Source: Candidatus Electrothrix sp. GW3-4 (GTDB taxonomy: Bacteria > Desulfobacterota > Desulfobulbia > Desulfobulbales > Desulfobulbaceae). From it: a stretch of 32,000 nt of DNA. Position numbers and translations under genes: made by a program. The notes beneath the pieces are model-generated. The model was not told the origin of the DNA and searched no databases. It saw nothing but the letters and a program-made list of their open reading frames with translations. This document shows positions 8,762 to 17,485 of this stretch, piece after piece; position 1 is the stretch's first letter; each line of letters opens with the position of its first letter. The DNA lies in the NCBI RefSeq assembly GCF_037902255.1, contig NZ_CP147990.1, positions 2,190,001-2,222,000 of the forward strand, read 5' to 3'.

Positions 8762-9190
8762 TTAATGGATTGTCTTTTCAGAATCCTTTTCTTTCTCTTC
8801 CTGGTACTTAACATACTTACGAATCATCTCTGTATCAAGACCGACGGTATCAACACAGTAACCGCGAGCCCACAAGTGATTACCCCAAAAAGGCCTCTGC
8901 TTCAATTTACGGAACTTATTTAAAACTCGAATTGCTGTCCGACCTTTAACAGTTCCCATATAAGTTGATACTGAAACTTTGGGCGGTATCATCACAAGAA
9001 GATGAACATGGTCAACCTGTACATTCAACTCTATCAACTCACATTTCTGAGCTGAAGTGAATGTTTTTATGCAATCTTCAACTTCCTTTTTTATACTGCC
9101 TTTCAAAACTCTGAAACGGTATTTGGGACAAAATACTATATGATATTGGCAATGCCATACCGTTTGTGATAATTTACGAAATCTACTCAT
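8762..9190 (-). CDS. tnpA: IS200/IS605-family Y1 (HUH) transposase TnpA
   Basis: 142 aa. WHCQYHIVFCPKYRFRVL, the HUH motif in VDHVHLLVMIPP, and a C-terminal Tyr region (IRKYVKYQEE). Confidence 0.9.
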   Translation of the reverse strand: MSRFRKLSQTVWHCQYHIVFCPKYRFRVLKGSIKKEVEDCIKTFTSAQKCELIELNVQVDHVHLLVMIPPKVSVSTYMGTVKGRTAIRVLNKFRKLKQRPFWGNHLWARGYCVDTVGLDTEMIRKYVKYQEEKEKDSEKTIH

Positions 9191-9278
9191 TTGTTACTCC
9201 TTGGTTGTAGTTGTTGTCGAGGCAACTCAACCTTGGGGTAACAAATCACTGCTCAGATGGCAAAGCCATTGAGCTCTG

Positions 9279-9299
9279 ACCTTGCCCTGAGGGCAAGGT
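9279..9299. repeat. Subterminal hairpin upstream of tnpA (IS200 left-end-like)
   Basis: ACCTTGCCC-TGA-GGGCAAGGT: a perfect 9-bp stem. It shares the TTGCCC-NGA-GGGCAA core with the hairpin at 8699-8723. Confidence 0.65.
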
Positions 9300-9320
9300 T
9301 TTCACTGCTAGAATAAACAG

Positions 9321-9336
9321 GTTTTTCAACAGGCTC
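9321..9336 (+). repeat. Solo right IR of a relative of the 888-bp IS5-family element
   Basis: GTTTTTCAACAGGCTC versus the right IR GTTTTTCAACAGGTTC of the intact copies (15/16). It abuts TAA and then the left end of copy A. Only about 30 bp of the old element remain. Confidence 0.6.
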
Positions 9337-9339
9337 TAA

Positions 9340-10227
9340 GAGCCTGTTTAAAAACTTTTTGAGACTTTACTGCTGAAGCAGTTTCATAGCATAATTTTCT
9401 TTTCAGCCATATCAAACAGCGAAAGGAAAAGCAACATGGAACGAGCTAGCTACAGCACAGATCTCACTAATATACAATTTGAAATTATTAATAAATTCCT
9501 CCCCTCTCCTTCAAAAACCGGCAGGCCAAGATCTTATGCTCTCAGAGAGATTCTCAACGCCATTTTTTATTTGGTTCACACTGGGTGTCAATGGCGAGAA
9601 ATTCCGCATGATTTCCCGAAGTGGACCAGCGTTTACTATTACTTTCGTAAATGGAAGCGGGATGGAACCTGGTTTCTCGTCAAGCAGGCAATCCACACGG
9701 ATCTGCGAGAGGAACAAGGGAAAAACGCTGAGCCTTCTGCGGTTATGATTGACAGTCAATCCGTCAAAACTGCACAGATGGCTGAGACCCGAGGGTTTGA
9801 CGGCAACAAGAAAGTAAAAGGGCGAAAACGCCATGTAATTTCGGATACCCTTGGTTTTCCGCTGATCGTCAAAGTTCATGATGCCAACCTGTCGGATGGA
9901 AAGCAGTCTATCTCTATCTTTCAAACTCTTTTTTTGTGGTTTGCTTCCATTAAAATGGTTTGGGCCGATGCCGCTTATCGAGGCGATTTGGCCGACTATT
10001 TATGGTGCGCCTTTCAATGCCGGTTGGAAATCGCTCCCAATTTGAAGACTAAAGGGTTTCAAGTGGTGCCGAAACGCTGGATTATTGAAAGAACCTTCGG
10101 CTGGTTCCAATGGGATCGAAGACTGATGATTGACTACGAGCGACAGGCGCAATCAGCCGAAACTATGGTTTACATAGCATCAATCAGGAAGATGCTAAAT
10201 AGGTATAAATAGTTTTTCAACAGGTTC
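9340..10227 (+). mobile_element. IS5-family (IS427/IS1031-like) insertion sequence, copy A (888 bp)
   Basis: IRs GAGCCTGTTTAAAAAC / rc GAACCTGTTGAAAAAC (14/16). A 3-bp TAA direct repeat flanks it (9337-9339 and 10228-10230). The coding sequences I compared are identical to copy B, at an offset of 10,640 bp. Confidence 0.9.
9436..10212 (+). CDS. IS5-family DDE transposase (258 aa, DUF4096-type N-domain)
   Basis: ILNAIFYLVHTGCQWREIPHDFPKWTSVYYYFRKWKRDGTW (DUF4096 signature), MIDSQSVKT, VWADAAYRG and IIERTFGWFQWDRRL (DDE_Tnp_1 tail). Confidence 0.9.
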   Translation: MERASYSTDLTNIQFEIINKFLPSPSKTGRPRSYALREILNAIFYLVHTGCQWREIPHDFPKWTSVYYYFRKWKRDGTWFLVKQAIHTDLREEQGKNAEPSAVMIDSQSVKTAQMAETRGFDGNKKVKGRKRHVISDTLGFPLIVKVHDANLSDGKQSISIFQTLFLWFASIKMVWADAAYRGDLADYLWCAFQCRLEIAPNLKTKGFQVVPKRWIIERTFGWFQWDRRLMIDYERQAQSAETMVYIASIRKMLNRYK

Positions 10228-10823
10228 TAAGTCCTAATGATATTACGCCAACGTCCTTCTTTTAAGTCGTATTTTTTGATAACCCGTGCTGGAGCACCAG
10301 CTACTACACTGTAATCAGGGATATTCCGAGTGACAACAGAATTGGCTCCGACAACACAGTTTTTCCCAATAGTAGCACCTAGAATACAAACATTCTCTCC
10401 AATCCAACTTCCACTACCAAGCACAACATCTCCAATTTTATTAACACCTTGCAGTGAGATAGGAACTGTTATTTCGTTATATTTATGTAGATTATCTGAT
10501 ATATAAACTCGATTGCCAATAAGCACATCTCGTTCAATTATAATGGAATTAATCGCATAGATGTGGGCATCATCGCCAATATACGTATTATCATTAATCT
10601 TAATCACACAATCTCTTTTTGGAAAACCATGCGCATTGAGCCACACATTTTCACGTATGCATACGTTAGATCCAATAGATATATTTCCTGCTCCTTCTAT
10701 ACGTCTAGGTTTGTAGATTCGTACTCCCTTACCAAGGCTATGAAAGATCCCCCCAAATAAAAGTATCCACATGCTGCACCGAGTTCTTCTAATAACTTTT
10801 GCAATAAACTCATAGCTATTCAT
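10227..10823 (-). CDS. Left-handed beta-helix (hexapeptide-repeat) O-acetyltransferase
   Basis: 198 aa. Repeated [LIV]G-x4 hexapeptides (IGSNVCIRENVWLNA, IGDDAHIY, IGNRVYISDN, IGENVCILGATIGKNCVVGANSVV) and a tail VVAGAPARVIKKYD. Its stop codon TAG (10227-10229) is built from the IS terminal base plus TA of the target duplication. Confidence 0.8.
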   Translation of the reverse strand: MNSYEFIAKVIRRTRCSMWILLFGGIFHSLGKGVRIYKPRRIEGAGNISIGSNVCIRENVWLNAHGFPKRDCVIKINDNTYIGDDAHIYAINSIIIERDVLIGNRVYISDNLHKYNEITVPISLQGVNKIGDVVLGSGSWIGENVCILGATIGKNCVVGANSVVTRNIPDYSVVAGAPARVIKKYDLKEGRWRNIIRT

Positions 10824-10885
10824 TATTCAACAACTTAATCAAAAAAATATTAATCTATGAAATCAATATCCAGTTAATTCCACTT

Positions 10886-11797
10886 TTACAGATGCAACCA
10901 CATTGATAGATCTCTTTTGATCAAGTCCTGCAATTGCAAAATATCCTTTCTGTAGCAGCTTATGAGGTGCCCCCTAATATCATCCTGTAATCTATGAGCA
11001 TTTTTTTTTGAAACACTTCGAGAACGAATGGATAATGTGAGTCGCTCCCGTCCAGATTTGCCTAACAAGGCTGTTGCAATAGGACGAAAAACTCTTTTTA
11101 CTAAATTTTTTTGAAATACCATTTTTTCAAGAAACCTATTCTTAGGTGCTCCAGACTCATTATAAACGTTATCAGTGTCAATTAATACTGTCGGATCAAG
11201 ATCAAGAAAATTTAACACCTCCTCCAGAATACAGGAGGTCTGATTTGCCAAATCTTCAAACAAAACAATTTTTACTTTACTGAAACCCTGCATGTAAGAT
11301 TTTACTTGATTATAATAGAGCCCTTGCGCAAAAAACAAGGTGAAGGAATTCCAGCCATTATGTAACTTTTCTAATTCTTTTTCAATTTCGATTTGAAAAG
11401 AGTCAGTTAACTTCATGTATTGATAATTAGAATAGGCCCTATCCACGGGGTTTCTTAAACAGATAACTATATAAGGCTGGTCTATCATCCTCCTGATCCT
11501 TGGAATTACTTGTTTGTGATAATAAAGATATTGAACACTTGCATCTATTCTTACTTTGTAATACTGATGGGACTTGTAAATACAAAAATATTTATCTTTG
11601 TCCAGAATGCTCATTTCCTGCAAGTAAGATTTGAGGGGGTCATTAGCAGGAAGATTCCTGATTTCATCAGAAATAAAAAATCTTGGTTCTTTGTATCGCG
11701 GAACAAAAATATCTGAGTGTTGCCCAAGATATTCAACTAGCGAGCTTGTCCCAGCTTTCGGAGCTCCTGGAATTATAAGATTAGGCAATTGTAACAT
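10886..11797 (-). CDS. PAPS-dependent sulfotransferase (Sulfotransfer_1-like)
   Basis: 303 aa. A 5'-PSB loop in IIPGAPKAGTSSLVEYL and a 3'-PB motif in CLRNPVDRAYSNYQY. Confidence 0.8.
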   Translation of the reverse strand: MLQLPNLIIPGAPKAGTSSLVEYLGQHSDIFVPRYKEPRFFISDEIRNLPANDPLKSYLQEMSILDKDKYFCIYKSHQYYKVRIDASVQYLYYHKQVIPRIRRMIDQPYIVICLRNPVDRAYSNYQYMKLTDSFQIEIEKELEKLHNGWNSFTLFFAQGLYYNQVKSYMQGFSKVKIVLFEDLANQTSCILEEVLNFLDLDPTVLIDTDNVYNESGAPKNRFLEKMVFQKNLVKRVFRPIATALLGKSGRERLTLSIRSRSVSKKNAHRLQDDIRGHLISCYRKDILQLQDLIKRDLSMWLHL

Positions 11798-11873
11798 AAC
11801 TGGTAGTGCTTTTGCATTGTTAAATTGACGGGTAGAGTCGCTTCACCCACATTCCGCATCCCCTTTATCAATT

Positions 11874-12365
11874 TCAGGAATATAGTCTTTCATATCTCGC
11901 GCCCAATAATTTGAGTAGACGCAGATGATGTTCGTTCAGATTTAAAACTACTTGTTGCGCACCCCCGATAATCAATACATGAATTCCTGAAAAAAACTGA
12001 AATACCCAACGGGCTGTAGGAGCTGAAACAGGCTTTCCCTTCTGGTTTGGAAAAGTTTCGCTATTTGTATCAAGCTGTTCCCGGATACGATAGTCTAAAG
12101 CAGCATACACGAGAAGACAAAGGGTCATGACCATCATCAGGGCCATGATACGTTTTCGAGATTTCAGAAAAAGAGTGGAAGCCATGAAAAATGGATCTTT
12201 GAGGAAACGAAAGCCCCGCTCAACCTTTTGCTGATCTTTGTATGCTTCACGAAGTTCCTCATTGGTCAGTTCTTCATAGTCCAACTGGTTCGTTGCCAGA
12301 ATGAAGCAATTTTTTGAGCAAGGTGTTGGCAGGACTCTAAAAGTCATGCGTTTGCCGTGCCCCAC
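11874..12365 (-). pseudogene. IS1634-family (IS4-like) transposase, C-terminal fragment
   Basis: QQKVERGFRFLKDPFFMASTLFLKSRKRIMALMMVMTLCLLVYAALDYRIREQL...NQKGKPVSAPTARWVFQFF matches the conserved C-terminal region of IS1634-family transposases. Only about 160 codons are present, wedged between the two sulfotransferase genes. Confidence 0.8.
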
Positions 12366-12376
12366 CGGGATGGAGG

Positions 12377-13306
12377 CTACTGATAACCATACAGGCTGAG
12401 AACATCCCCCGCGATACTAATAATCTCTTCGTACTCGGGCTTTACTTTTCTCTTCCAAGAATAAGCCATTCTTCTTGAATTGCGTGAAAAATCATGAAGA
12501 GAAAGTCCTTCTGCTCTAATTTTATCTGCATACATATATTTTTTAATAAAATTATAAACAAGGTTATCAATCTTCATTCCTAAAAACTCAAAGAGGCGCT
12601 CAACTTCTTCCAAAGTCTTGATGCAGAGATCTTCATGTCGGATAATATGCACATTTCTGCCAATCTCCCGCGATTGATCATTAATAATAGCATATAGAAT
12701 CTTCCAGAGTCTTGCAACAACTTCGGGTAACCCCATTTGGGGGATACAATCGAACTCAAGAAGATTTGAGTAGTCTTCCATTAGAGGTACTTGTTGCATT
12801 AGAGCCTGTAAATCAAAGCCCCATCCCATTCTCATCAAACTTTCATAAACAGCAGCGGGGTGCCGAACCACATAAACCACTTTAACATCATGATATCGTG
12901 TGACTAAATTACCTGCACTCAGACTAAGAAACGGATCTTTTACTAGCAGCTGACGTTCTCTTAAAACCGTCCTGTATTTGATCAAATCAATATTACCTCT
13001 ACTTTTAACTACTTTTCTCGCAAAGTATTTAAGTGGATTTCTATCCTTTACAGCTGGAACCTTGTAATAAATATCACCCTCGTGGAGAAAAGTTAAAAGT
13101 CGTGCATAGTTCCCAGTAGGACATCTAAGTCTAACATATGGGTACCAATCTTTTACTCCATCGATTCCATAGGTTTTATTGAACGGCTCATGAAGATAAG
13201 CGTAGCGCCTAGTCTGGTGTAGTAATGACCCGAGAAAAGTTGTTCCACTTCTATGCATACCTGTTATTACGAGCATAATATACCAACTTCCTTTGTTGAC
13301 CAGCAA
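12377..13306 (-). CDS. PAPS-dependent sulfotransferase (Sulfotransfer_3-like)
   Basis: 309 aa. A 5'-PSB loop in VITGMHRSGTTFLGSLL and a 3'-PB-like VYVVRHPAAVYESLMR. The true start may be the internal Met (MLVITGMH..., near 13276), preceded by GGAAG. Confidence 0.75.
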   Translation of the reverse strand: MLVNKGSWYIMLVITGMHRSGTTFLGSLLHQTRRYAYLHEPFNKTYGIDGVKDWYPYVRLRCPTGNYARLLTFLHEGDIYYKVPAVKDRNPLKYFARKVVKSRGNIDLIKYRTVLRERQLLVKDPFLSLSAGNLVTRYHDVKVVYVVRHPAAVYESLMRMGWGFDLQALMQQVPLMEDYSNLLEFDCIPQMGLPEVVARLWKILYAIINDQSREIGRNVHIIRHEDLCIKTLEEVERLFEFLGMKIDNLVYNFIKKYMYADKIRAEGLSLHDFSRNSRRMAYSWKRKVKPEYEEIISIAGDVLSLYGYQ

Positions 13307-13684
13307 AATATCGAGTGGGGCTAGGTGAATTAATTGGCTCTTTTGAATTCGAGGTAGTGGGCCCGAACTACTTCAAGCACGCGTTTTGAGATCCTGAAGT
13401 TGCTTTTTTGTCTGCAGCATAATCCTTATCTTTGCATCATCAGTATGTCTTCAAAGCTCAACGGAGCACGCAAAATATAAAGTGGACCCCATAGCAATGG
13501 TTCGGTAAATAATTTTTAACTTAGTAATTTCAGCATGTTACCTGAAACAGACATGATTGATCAGTTGTAACAATTTCAGCTAGTTAATACCTAACAGCTA
13601 TCCGATACAAAAAAAATCGACCTGTGCGGTTAGCCGTTTTTTAGTCTATGCAGCCAGTTTAAAATCAATATCCTTTTCCTCAAA

Positions 13685-14697
13685 TCACTTTCTGTATTCA
13701 TTATTTTGCGCAAGAGCAGTAATCGCAGCCAAGGCCACTGTTCCTCTTTTAGTCCAGCTCATTCCATTATGTTTTTGTCGTTCTGACACAATGAGATCAT
13801 TCGCCTTCTCACCGGCAACACTTGAATTACAAAGTCCGAGTTCTTTTCGGGCAGCATAGCAGGGAATATAAGGTCGGTTCCTTTCCAGATAGGCAATAAG
13901 TTTATCTAATGACGGACCGTTCTTTATATCCTCCTCCGGGATCTCACGCAAAAACTCAATTGCTTTATTGGTGAGACCGTACCAAAGCAACGGCTTGAGT
14001 TTATTGAGAACTTCATTGCGCAGTTTCCGACCGTTCATTGTTTGACTCAGCAACTCCCCACACTTCTTACCAAGATGGTACCAGTCCAATATTATTCCCA
14101 TATTTTCTTTCCAAAAATAGAAATTCATAATTGCTGTATTCAAGGCTGTATGACCATCAGTAAAAAACTGGAATCGTTTCCCGGAAAGACCGTTAGCAAG
14201 CAAAAAGGACATTATAATGGGAAGAAGAGAGGTTATGGATGCTCCGTTTAAGACATATTTTGTCCCGTTGTGAGAAAGAAGAGCGATTGTGTTATGTGCG
14301 TATTTCCGTTTATGCACGGTTCTTTTTTGCCCCAGAATCCTGTTATCTTCCTGTCTTTTCACATTAACATCATCGACCGCTATGTTGACAGTTTCAGAAG
14401 GATCCTCGTAGCCTGTTGGATTGTCTATGTAACCATCAGAAAAGGAACATCCTTCTGTACATACAAACAGAGAGTGCTCCGTCAATTTCGGGCTGAGGCA
14501 GAAAGACGGGGCTGGATTGAGTATACTGTGGATTCTGTCCTCGGTATATCCCGGTCTCTTCAAAGCCGTGATGAGATAATATCTGTTCAGATTTTCTTGT
14601 AATATGCTCAAGAAGAGAAGTCCCTTCCCGCTCTGTAACTTCATGAAGTGTACGAGATGGAGTGCCGTTTTTTTCCTGGTACCGGATGCGATTGATC
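13685..14697 (-). pseudogene. Outer-element transposase, C-terminal part (ISKra4-like), frameshifted
   Basis: FFTDGHTALNTAI...ILDWYHLGKKC...LWYG...NSSVAGEKANDLIVSERQKHNGMSWTKRGTVALAAI are motifs I associate with ISKra4-family transposases. The first ~70 codons of the listed ORF are probably in the wrong frame. An alternative frame reads INRIRYQEKNGTPSRTLHEVTEREGTSLLEHITRKSEQILSHHGF and then stops near 14440. Confidence 0.6.
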
Positions 14698-14727
14698 GGG
14701 CTTGGTTCTAAATTCGGCCAATCTCCT

Positions 14728-15009
14728 CTAAGCGGCCATAGCCAGACAATTCCTCGGACGTGGCGGATAGTCCATGTTGTTCAAGAGGTGCTCAAAAAGA
14801 TTCCCATGTTCGGCCTCGAAAAACCTCAAAGCAGGAGTGCTATTATCCTCTCGTTTGATATGGTAATTATGTATTACCGTCTGTGCCGTTAAATGTGTAT
14901 CGCTCAGCCTATGTATGCCGTGATGTCGAAGTGACAATTGGGCGTTTCTGCCCTCAACACAGGAGCTTGATCGCTGGAAAAACTGGGCGCACTCCTTAGC
15001 GCTTTGTAT
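14728..15009 (-). pseudogene. Inner-element transposase-like protein, C-terminal segment (separated by the IS at 15010-16088)
   Basis: QSAKECAQFFQRSSSCVEGRNAQLSLRHHGIHRLSDTHLTAQTVIHNYHIKREDNSTPALRFFEAEHGNLFEHLL. After removing 15010-16091 it joins in frame to ...EKKEFLI at 16092. It resembles the C-terminal region of proteins I recall as DUF6399 (unverified). Confidence 0.6.
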
Positions 15010-16088
15010 GAACTGATTTAAACTTTTTGCACGAAGATTTAATTGTTTGATATTATATGTTATAGTTATCCAAAAAAGCAAATACTTCATGGAGGATAAC
15101 TATGAGCAAAATACCGACAAATCTGACACCGGCAGCGTTTGAAGAATACGTTGCCCCTTATCTAAGTAAGGCGAAACGAGGATATACATGCTCTATCCCT
15201 TTGTATAAAGTTTTCAACTATATACTTTACTTTCTGTACACCGGTTGTCAATGGGAAATGATCCCCATTGACAAAGATCCAAATGATCCCGATAAACTGG
15301 AGATCAGCTGGCAGGCTATTTACCACCATTTTCGAAAATGGTCTAATGACGGCAGTTTGAAAAAATTATGGAATGAGAGTGTCGAGAGCATCAGGTCACT
15401 TCTTAATCTGTCAGAGCTGAACTTGGACGGAACCCATACTATAGCCAAAAAAGGAGGTAAATCAGCTAAATATCAAGGGCGGAAAAAGGCTAAAACAACA
15501 AATATCCTGCCCCTTTTGGATAAAAACGGCTATCCGATTGCTTCGACGGAAATCATTGCGGGCAATCATAATGATGCATTCGAGCTTGAAAATAATATAC
15601 GTTATCTTTTCAAAGAGATGAAGCACAGAAAACTGCCGATCTCCGGTTCTTATTTTAATGCAGATTCAGCATTTGACACCAAAGGAGCCCGGAAAGTCTG
15701 TTTCAATAACGGTGTCATACCAAATATAGCCGAAAATAAACGTGGGCGTAAAAAACCGAAAAGAGGGCGCAAAAGGCTTTTTGACGAAAAAATATATAAA
15801 AACCGGTTTGGTACCGAACGAACATGGGCATGGGTTGATGAACTTAGCGCCCTACGGGCGGGTTTTTAGTCCCCCGACATGCTCACGACTTGAAACAGCG
15901 AATGCCCAAGGCTTCAAAAAAAACATGAATGATATCAAGGCGAAAAAATGAAAATTCCTATACTATAAATTTAAACGCCTGCTCATACGTTTTGAACGGA
16001 ATGACACATATTTTTTCGGGCTTCACTGTATTGCCTTTTCGATGATTAACCTTCGAAGTCTAATCGGAAGAAAAGTTTAAATCAGTTC
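15010..16088 (+). mobile_element. IS5-family insertion sequence (1,079 bp) nested in the DUF6399-like element
   Basis: Perfect 18-bp IRs GAACTGATTTAAACTTTT (15010-15027 versus rc 16071-16088). A 3-bp TAT duplication flanks it (15007-15009 and 16089-16091). Confidence 0.9.
15102..16080 (+). pseudogene. IS5-family transposase (DUF4096 N-domain) interrupted by a 127-nt segment
   Basis: YKVFNYILYFLYTGCQWEMIP...NLDGTHTIAKKGG...YFNADSAFD...GTERTWAWVD, then a stop. The family-typical tail KFKRLLIRFERNDTYFFGLHCIAFSMINLRSLIGRKV* is at 15967-16080 in another frame. Deleting 15840-15966 joins the two parts in frame. Confidence 0.8.
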
Positions 16089-16091
16089 TAT

Positions 16092-16922
16092 CAAAAACTC
16101 CTTTTTCTCCGGCCTTATCCCTGGTATTGATCTGTCGTTTTGCCTGATGATAGAAAGCAGTTTGACAGATTGTTGCTTAATCTGCTCTCTTCTGGCCTGA
16201 TCCTTTTCTTTTTCCGCAACAAAAGAGAGGTAGAAACCTGGAATCAGTCGATCTTTCAATAATTTTCCCTCTTTTACGGAGAAATCATTATTTTCGATAT
16301 GTTGATCAACCATTGTCCAAAAGAAGGCTATTGTGGAAACTAAATTGGCCACGACCTTATACGCTTTCTCAATATGATTGTGGCACCTTTCAGAAAGACC
16401 GGCTGCTGCTTTATTTATTTCTGAGAAACACGATTCCAGGAGGTTTGTCACCGTAGAAGCATCCTGACTTTCTCCTGTTATGAGATCATAGGGATGATAT
16501 ACATGCCCTATCCTTTTTCGCGCCTCCCGGATAATTTCCTTGTTTTCACAAGCTTTCTGCAGTTCTGCCTTCGCAACTTCTCTTTCTTTTCCAGCAAGGT
16601 TAATCTTTTTTTCGAAACCTGGTCTCCTGCCTACCGGGCGAGGTTCCAGTGAATCGAAATGATACATTTCTTTTTTTATTTTATACAATTGCCTCTCCGT
16701 CGAGCCAAGAGATTTCTCTGCTCTTCTGATCTTCGAAGCAAGTGGCCCGGAAGTTCCTTTGCCTATATCGTGAGATACATGAAAAATATCCGACGAATGA
16801 TGAACCCCGAGCCTTTTTTTAACATGATTCAGTAAGCCGCTGCCTTGATCACTGGTAACCTGAATCACCTCGACCGGTAGGCTGATAAGTGCATTTTTAA
16901 CTGATGTGTCCCAAGTTTCCCC
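16092..16922 (-). CDS. Inner-element transposase-like protein, central segment (-1 frame relative to the upstream ORF)
   Basis: The frame of listed ORF 16077-16868 is open upstream to 16922: GETWDTSVKNALISLPVEVIQVTSDQGSGLLNHVKKRLGVHHSSDIFHVSHDIGKG... (candidate second catalytic D in TSDQG). The last 5 codons of the listed ORF (to 16077) belong to the inserted IS. Confidence 0.6.
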
Positions 16923-17485
16923 TTTCTGTTTTCAGCGTATTTTTCCAAAAGTATATAGTTTGACACCGGTTCCATGGCAACAAGGCATATCTCTGGATGA
17001 AAAGTTTCATCTTCCGCCAAGGTGATTGCCTTTGGCGGCATTTGAGTCGCGAGGCGATCATGTTCAGACTTGCCGAATCGTATCAACTCCTTATCCATTT
17101 TGTTTGAGATTCTACGCTGAGTTGCATATGAACTTGCAACAAACGGATCAAGCCCACATGATTTAAGAAAATTACTGACATTGTGAATGCTTGCCACACC
17201 GACCTTGGTGAATTCAAAATGAACGGCAGTTACCAGTCTGTGCAAGAAAGCCATACCGTCTGGACTTTCAAAAAAATCAATAAGAGCTGGGGAGGCATCT
17301 ATCTTCTCCTTACGTTTGAGCCAATATTGCAACGTAGTTCGTGGAATATTCTCCTCCTGAGCAAACTGTCGTTGACTTTGCCGTTCTCTTACTTCTTCAA
17401 ATTCACATAGCTTTATTGAAGAATACAGTCGGTTGTTATTATTTCCTCTTACGTTATCTGGCGATATTTGATACTGTGTCGGCAT
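16865..17485 (-). CDS. Inner-element transposase-like protein, N-terminal ORF (HTH plus first acidic motif)
   Basis: 206 aa. HTH-like QRQFAQEENIPRTTLQYWLKRKE and ITLAEDETFHPEICLVAMEPVSNYILLE (a DET motif as in DDE transposases). It ends 20 codons after an A_AAG_GGG heptamer (16919-16925). Confidence 0.6.
   Translation of the reverse strand: MPTQYQISPDNVRGNNNNRLYSSIKLCEFEEVRERQSQRQFAQEENIPRTTLQYWLKRKEKIDASPALIDFFESPDGMAFLHRLVTAVHFEFTKVGVASIHNVSNFLKSCGLDPFVASSYATQRRISNKMDKELIRFGKSEHDRLATQMPPKAITLAEDETFHPEICLVAMEPVSNYILLEKYAENRKGKLGTHQLKMHLSAYRSR

Larger units (their letters stand above)
8695..9305 (-). mobile_element. IS200-type element (tnpA only, no tnpB); boundaries approximate
   Basis: A Y1 transposase gene is flanked by similar subterminal hairpins at 8699-8723 and 9279-9299. 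The size is consistent with IS200 (about 0.6-0.7 kb). Confidence 0.65.

Noticed and set aside
13526-13597. Two ~25-bp direct repeats (AATTTCAGCATGTTACCTGAAACAG and AATTTCAGCTAGTTAATACCTAACAG) 46 bp apart, downstream of the ISKra4-like gene
   Set aside because: They are imperfect, there are only two copies, and they lie inside presumed IS 3' non-coding DNA. They may be subterminal transposase-binding repeats, but I could not find matching repeats at the other end.
15886-15896. CGACTTGAAAC inside the 127-nt insert, reminiscent of the ..TTGAAAC 3' end of some CRISPR repeats
   Set aside because: It occurs once, with no repeat-spacer periodicity anywhere in the window and no cas genes. The similarity is too short to mean anything.
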